DNA from: Escherichia coli | GTDB taxonomy: Bacteria > Pseudomonadota > Gammaproteobacteria > Enterobacterales > Enterobacteriaceae | Strand: one strand, 5' to 3' | Length of the DNA: 64,000 nt | Assembly (NCBI RefSeq): GCF_003019035.1 | Contig: NZ_CP027447.1 | Part shown: piece by piece, positions 58,983 to 64,000 of the stretch | Layout of the letters: each line of letters begins with the position of its first letter | How positions within the stretch are numbered: the first letter of the stretch is position 1 | The notes under the pieces: model-generated | Database searches by the model: none | Told to the model about the DNA's origin: nothing | Seen by the model: only the letters and a program-made list of their open reading frames with translations | Position numbers and translations under genes: made by a program

Positions 58983-60200
58983 ATGAGTAGCGTAGATATT
59001 CTGGTCCCTGACCTGCCTGAATCCGTAGCCGATGCCACCGTCGCAACCTGGCATAAAAAACCCGGCGACGCAGTCGTACGTGATGAAGTGCTGGTAGAAA
59101 TCGAAACTGACAAAGTGGTACTGGAAGTACCGGCATCAGCAGACGGCATTCTGGATGCGGTTCTGGAAGATGAAGGTACAACGGTAACGTCTCGTCAGAT
59201 CCTTGGTCGCCTGCGTGAAGGCAACAGCGCGGGTAAAGAAACCAGCGCCAAATCTGAAGAGAAAGCGTCCACTCCGGCGCAACGCCAGCAGGCGTCTCTG
59301 GAAGAGCAAAACAACGATGCGTTAAGCCCGGCGATCCGTCGCCTGCTGGCTGAACATAACCTCGACGCCAGCGCCATTAAAGGCACCGGTGTGGGTGGTC
59401 GTCTGACCCGTGAAGATGTGGAAAAACATCTGGCGAAAGCCCCGGCGAAAGAGTCTGCTCCGGCAGCGGCTGCTCCGGCGGCGCAACCGGCCCTGGCTGC
59501 ACGTAGCGAAAAACGTGTGCCGATGACTCGCCTGCGTAAGCGTGTGGCAGAGCGTCTGCTGGAAGCGAAAAATTCCACCGCCATGCTGACCACGTTCAAC
59601 GAAGTCAACATGAAGCCGATTATGGATCTGCGTAAGCAGTACGGTGAAGCGTTTGAAAAACGCCACGGCATCCGTCTGGGCTTTATGTCCTTCTACGTGA
59701 AAGCGGTGGTTGAAGCCCTGAAACGTTACCCGGAAGTGAATGCGTCTATCGACGGTGATGATGTGGTCTACCACAACTATTTCGACGTCAGTATGGCGGT
59801 TTCTACGCCGCGCGGCCTGGTGACGCCGGTTCTGCGTGATGTGGATACCCTCGGCATGGCAGACATCGAGAAGAAAATTAAAGAGCTGGCAGTTAAAGGC
59901 CGTGACGGCAAGCTGACGGTTGAAGATCTGACCGGTGGTAACTTCACCATCACCAACGGTGGTGTGTTCGGTTCCCTGATGTCTACGCCGATCATCAACC
60001 CGCCGCAGAGCGCAATTCTGGGTATGCACGCTATCAAAGATCGTCCGATGGCGGTGAATGGTCAGGTTGAGATCCTGCCGATGATGTACCTGGCGCTGTC
60101 CTACGATCACCGTCTGATCGATGGTCGCGAATCCGTGGGCTTCCTGGTAACGATCAAAGAGTTGCTGGAAGATCCGACGCGTCTGCTGCTGGACGTGTAG
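58983..60200 (+). CDS. sucB: dihydrolipoyllysine-residue succinyltransferase (E2)
   Basis: 405 aa; lipoyl domain, Ala/Pro linker, catalytic DHRLIDG motif. Confidence 0.95.
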
Positions 60201-60222
60201 TAGTTTAAGTTTCACCTGCACT

Positions 60223-60253
60223 GTAGACCGACGTGGATAGGGTGTCGGTCTAC
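60223..60253 (+). other. perfect 10-bp stem-loop in the sucB-sucC spacer (possible mRNA processing or stability element)
   Basis: GTAGACCGAC-loop of 11-GTCGGTCTAC; no following T-run, so not a classic intrinsic terminator. Confidence 0.4.
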
Positions 60254-60293
60254 GGTTTAAAAGATAACGATTACTGAAGGATGGACAGAACAC

Positions 60294-61460
60294 ATGAACT
60301 TACATGAATATCAGGCAAAACAACTTTTTGCCCGCTATGGCTTACCAGCACCGGTGGGTTATGCCTGTACTACTCCGCGCGAAGCAGAAGAAGCCGCTTC
60401 AAAAATCGGTGCCGGTCCGTGGGTAGTGAAATGTCAGGTTCACGCTGGTGGCCGCGGTAAAGCGGGCGGTGTGAAAGTGGTAAACAGCAAAGAAGACATC
60501 CGTGCTTTTGCAGAAAACTGGCTGGGCAAGCGTCTGGTAACGTATCAAACAGATGCCAATGGCCAACCGGTTAACCAGATTCTGGTTGAAGCAGCGACCG
60601 ATATCGCTAAAGAGCTGTATCTCGGTGCCGTTGTAGACCGTAGTTCACGTCGCGTGGTCTTTATGGCCTCCACCGAAGGCGGCGTGGAAATCGAAAAAGT
60701 GGCGGAAGAAACTCCGCACCTGATCCACAAAGTTGCGCTTGATCCGCTGACTGGCCCGATGCCGTATCAGGGACGCGAGCTGGCGTTCAAACTGGGTCTG
60801 GAAGGTAAACTGGTTCAGCAGTTCACCAAAATCTTCATGGGCCTGGCGACCATTTTCCTGGAGCGCGACCTTGCTCTTATCGAAATTAACCCGCTGGTTA
60901 TTACCAAACAGGGCGATCTGATCTGCCTCGACGGCAAACTGGGTGCTGACGGCAACGCACTGTTCCGCCAGCCTGATCTGCGCGAAATGCGTGACCAGTC
61001 GCAGGAAGATCCGCGTGAAGCACAGGCTGCACAGTGGGAACTGAACTACGTTGCGCTGGACGGTAACATCGGTTGTATGGTTAACGGCGCAGGCCTGGCG
61101 ATGGGCACCATGGACATCGTTAAACTGCACGGCGGCGAACCGGCTAACTTCCTGGACGTTGGCGGCGGCGCAACCAAAGAGCGCGTAACCGAAGCGTTCA
61201 AAATCATCCTCTCTGACGACAAAGTGAAAGCCGTTCTGGTTAACATCTTCGGCGGTATCGTTCGTTGCGACCTGATCGCTGACGGTATCATCGGCGCGGT
61301 AGCGGAAGTGGGTGTTAACGTACCGGTCGTGGTACGTCTGGAAGGTAACAACGCCGAACTCGGCGCGAAGAAACTGGCTGACAGCGGCCTGAATATTATT
61401 GCAGCAAAAGGTCTGACGGATGCAGCTCAGCAGGTTGTTGCCGCAGTGGAGGGGAAATAA
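60294..61460 (+). CDS. sucC: succinyl-CoA synthetase beta subunit
   Basis: 388 aa from [18 protein letters not shown]. Confidence 0.95.
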
Positions 61461-62329
61461 TGTCCATTTTAATTGATAAAAACACCAAGGTTATCTGCCA
61501 GGGCTTTACCGGTAGCCAGGGGACTTTCCACTCAGAACAGGCTATTGCATACGGCACTAAAATGGTTGGCGGCGTAACCCCAGGTAAAGGCGGCACCACC
61601 CACCTCGGCCTGCCAGTGTTCAACACCGTGCGTGAAGCTGTTGCTGCTACTGGCGCTACCGCTTCTGTTATCTACGTACCAGCACCGTTCTGCAAAGACT
61701 CCATTCTGGAAGCTATTGATGCAGGCATCAAACTGATTATCACCATCACTGAAGGCATCCCGACGCTGGATATGCTGACCGTGAAGGTGAAACTGGATGA
61801 AGCGGGCGTTCGCATGATCGGCCCGAACTGCCCGGGCGTTATCACTCCGGGTGAATGCAAAATCGGTATCCAGCCTGGTCACATTCACAAACCGGGTAAA
61901 GTGGGTATCGTTTCCCGTTCCGGTACACTGACCTATGAAGCGGTTAAACAGACCACGGATTACGGTTTCGGTCAGTCGACCTGTGTTGGTATCGGCGGCG
62001 ACCCGATCCCTGGCTCTAACTTTATCGACATCCTCGAAATGTTCGAAAAAGATCCGCAGACCGAAGCGATCGTGATGATCGGTGAGATCGGCGGTAGCGC
62101 TGAAGAAGAAGCGGCTGCGTACATCAAAGAGCACGTTACCAAGCCTGTTGTGGGTTACATCGCTGGTGTGACTGCGCCGAAAGGCAAACGTATGGGCCAC
62201 GCGGGTGCGATCATTGCCGGTGGGAAAGGGACTGCGGATGAGAAATTCGCTGCTCTGGAAGCCGCAGGCGTGAAAACCGTTCGCAGCCTGGCTGATATCG
62301 GTGAAGCACTGAAAACTGTTCTGAAATAA
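61460..62329 (+). CDS. sucD: succinyl-CoA synthetase alpha subunit
   Basis: 289 aa; start overlaps the sucC stop. Confidence 0.95.
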
Positions 62330-62430
62330 ATATCTGTAATAAGAAATAGCCCTCGCCGCTTCCCTCTACAGGAATGGCGAAGGGCTGTCGGTTTCGACAT
62401 GGTTGGCCATCATATGATGGCCTTTTTTAT
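62330..62430 (+). ncRNA. sdhX: sdhX-type sRNA (RybD) in the sucD 3' UTR with shared terminator
   Basis: 3' UTR contains GCCCTCGCC...GGCGAAGGGC stem and terminal GGCCATCATATGATGGCC hairpin plus TTTTTT; position matches the known 3'UTR-derived sRNA. Confidence 0.5.
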
Positions 62431-63824
62431 GCCTTAAACGTTAACCACGGTCGAAATCTGACCGCAGGTTGAATTAATCCGGCTTCTTGTTGGGCTTCGA
62501 TAACCGGACCAATATCTTTATAAGCCGCTGGCGCTTCTTCAAGACGTCGTTCTTCGCGCAATGTGACGCATTGCCACGGCAGCGTTGACTCTTCAGTCGC
62601 GCTTGAGCGCATGGCCTGCCGACGCTGGCTGCGTCCTGCTCCGTGACTGCAAGACCACAGCCACTCCGGGTTGCCGCAACCAACCGCAAGCCACGAATAA
62701 TCACCCATGGAACCGGGGATTAACGCCAGATCGCCCGCGCGTGCCGGTGTTGCACCTTTGCGATGAATATTCATTTCATGCTCGTGAAGGATGATGTTAT
62801 GCGGCACATCCACCACCAGATGTGAATCATCCTGATGAAATAAATCGGCAAAACATACGCGAACCATTTCCGCAATGGTCACGCGATTTAACCATGCGTA
62901 ACGCGCCGCCATTCCCATCGCTTGTAGATATTCCTCCGCCAGTCCGCCTGCCAGGCCATATAACCCGCTTTGTGGATGTTTATGTCCGGTGGGCCATTCA
63001 GCACGGGCGCGATCCATCCAGCGTCTTCCGACGTAAAAGCCAACATCTCGCGATCCACTGTGGATCATCACCACAATATCGCCCGTTTTCAGCCCTTGTT
63101 GCCAGGCAACATGGCGATCAACCACGCTATCAACCACCTGAAGTTCAATAAAATGATTACCTGAACCCGGCGTACCAAGACAAGGATCGCGGAGTAATGG
63201 GCGGTCCGTTACCAGCAGGGCGGGTGGGGCATAACGCGAATGACTGTTATGCTCGTTAAGCCCAATGCAGCGGTCAATCTCTTGTACCATTCGGGGGATA
63301 TTCGTGCGTGTCCAGAGACCTGCTGATGGCAAGGCTGACATGCACTCTGCCGGTCCGTCATCAAAAAGCGCGGTGAACGCCTGTGCGGATAACGGAACAT
63401 CGCGCTCATTTTGCAGTAGCACTTGCGTTAACCGCTGAGCGATGACGTCTTTATTCGCTTCGGCTTGCTCAAGTGTTAATCCGGTCGTCAGCAGCCGCAT
63501 GCCACAAGAAATATCGGTGCCGATGGCCGCAGGAATGACTAAATCCGGCGTAGAGGCGACTACCGCGCCAACGGGGACGCCATTGCCGGGATGAAAATCT
63601 GGCGTCGCACAGGTCTGGCGTACGTAACCTGGATGGTCTGGTATCTTCACTTCTGCAAAATCAAGCAGTTGTGTCACTGCTTTTTCTTCCAGCGGCAGTT
63701 CGTCCGGCAGCAGTACGTGGGCACTGGCTCCTGATGGACGACATAATGAAACAATATTGTTGGCGCGGGAAAGTTGGATCCCTTTGCGCAGAAAGGCTTT
63801 ATCAAGCCTTGAAAGATGATGCAT
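62427..63824 (-). CDS. RtcB-family RNA ligase paralog, 465 aa, with N-terminal extension
   Basis: Family motifs seen in the translation: IPAAIGTDISCGM, GTPGSGNHFIE, IHSGSRDVG, IPGSMGDYS, CSHGAGR, AYKDI; longer than the 408-aa canonical enzyme as I recall it. Confidence 0.85.
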   Translation of the reverse strand: MHHLSRLDKAFLRKGIQLSRANNIVSLCRPSGASAHVLLPDELPLEEKAVTQLLDFAEVKIPDHPGYVRQTCATPDFHPGNGVPVGAVVASTPDLVIPAAIGTDISCGMRLLTTGLTLEQAEANKDVIAQRLTQVLLQNERDVPLSAQAFTALFDDGPAECMSALPSAGLWTRTNIPRMVQEIDRCIGLNEHNSHSRYAPPALLVTDRPLLRDPCLGTPGSGNHFIELQVVDSVVDRHVAWQQGLKTGDIVVMIHSGSRDVGFYVGRRWMDRARAEWPTGHKHPQSGLYGLAGGLAEEYLQAMGMAARYAWLNRVTIAEMVRVCFADLFHQDDSHLVVDVPHNIILHEHEMNIHRKGATPARAGDLALIPGSMGDYSWLAVGCGNPEWLWSCSHGAGRSQRRQAMRSSATEESTLPWQCVTLREERRLEEAPAAYKDIGPVIEAQQEAGLIQPAVRFRPWLTFKA

Positions 63825-64000
63825 AACGCTGTCCTGAAATATAGACGTTAAACAACCCCCTTTATTGCGAGGGTAATTTTGTCTTTCCGGTCAGCAGCCA
63901 GCAAAAGGGAAAGAAAACGCGCGTAGTGTATGCAGCAATGACGATCAATACAAGATAAAAAAGACTATTAACAAACGGGGGTGTTATAAAAGGGGTCAGT

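Noticed and set aside
56869-59181. 770-aa minus-strand ORF antisense to sucA and sucB
   Set aside because: Same reasoning: it spans two real genes on the other strand and has biased, low-complexity composition.
59322-60293. 323-aa minus-strand ORF antisense to sucB
   Set aside because: Overlaps sucB throughout; low-complexity composition.

Overview
This window is an Escherichia coli-type chromosomal segment, syntenic with the K-12 region that runs from the metT tRNA operon to sucABCD. Gene identities were assigned by reading the supplied translations and by my own translation of regions the ORF track missed; no database search was run. In order it contains: a seven-gene tRNA operon (glnX-glnV-metU-glnW-glnU-leuW-metT, minus strand), asnB, nagD-nagC-nagA-nagB divergent from nagE, glnS, chiP-chiQ, fur with its uof leader ORF, fldA-ybfE, ybfF, seqA-pgm, ybfP, a DUF2625 gene (ybfG-like), potE-speF with the speFL arrest-peptide ORF, kdpFABCDE with the KdpE operator, ybfA, an Rhs polymorphic-toxin locus, an internally deleted H-repeat (ISAs1-family) element, ybgA-phr, dtpD, ybgI-pxpBCA-nei, abrB, gltA, sdhCDAB-sucABCD with the sdhX 3'UTR sRNA, and a convergent RtcB-family gene. 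Most of this is conserved housekeeping sequence and I do not see a single clear undescribed system in it. The parts that do not match what I recall of K-12 are: (1) the Rhs C-terminal tip with a tightly coupled signal-peptide-bearing downstream ORF and a trail of orphan genes and decayed Rhs fragments; (2) a 465-aa RtcB-like paralog abutting the sucD/sdhX terminator; (3) a 145-aa secreted-protein ORF between metT and asnB, and a partial membrane-protein gene at the left edge; (4) a duplicated 145-bp kdpE 3' fragment between ybfG and potE; (5) a fimbrial-gene remnant where K-12 carries ybgOPQD; (6) a shortened, GTG-initiated kdpF. I found no CRISPR array, integrase or prophage. Many long ORFs in the track are antisense artefacts inside GC-rich genes and were rejected.
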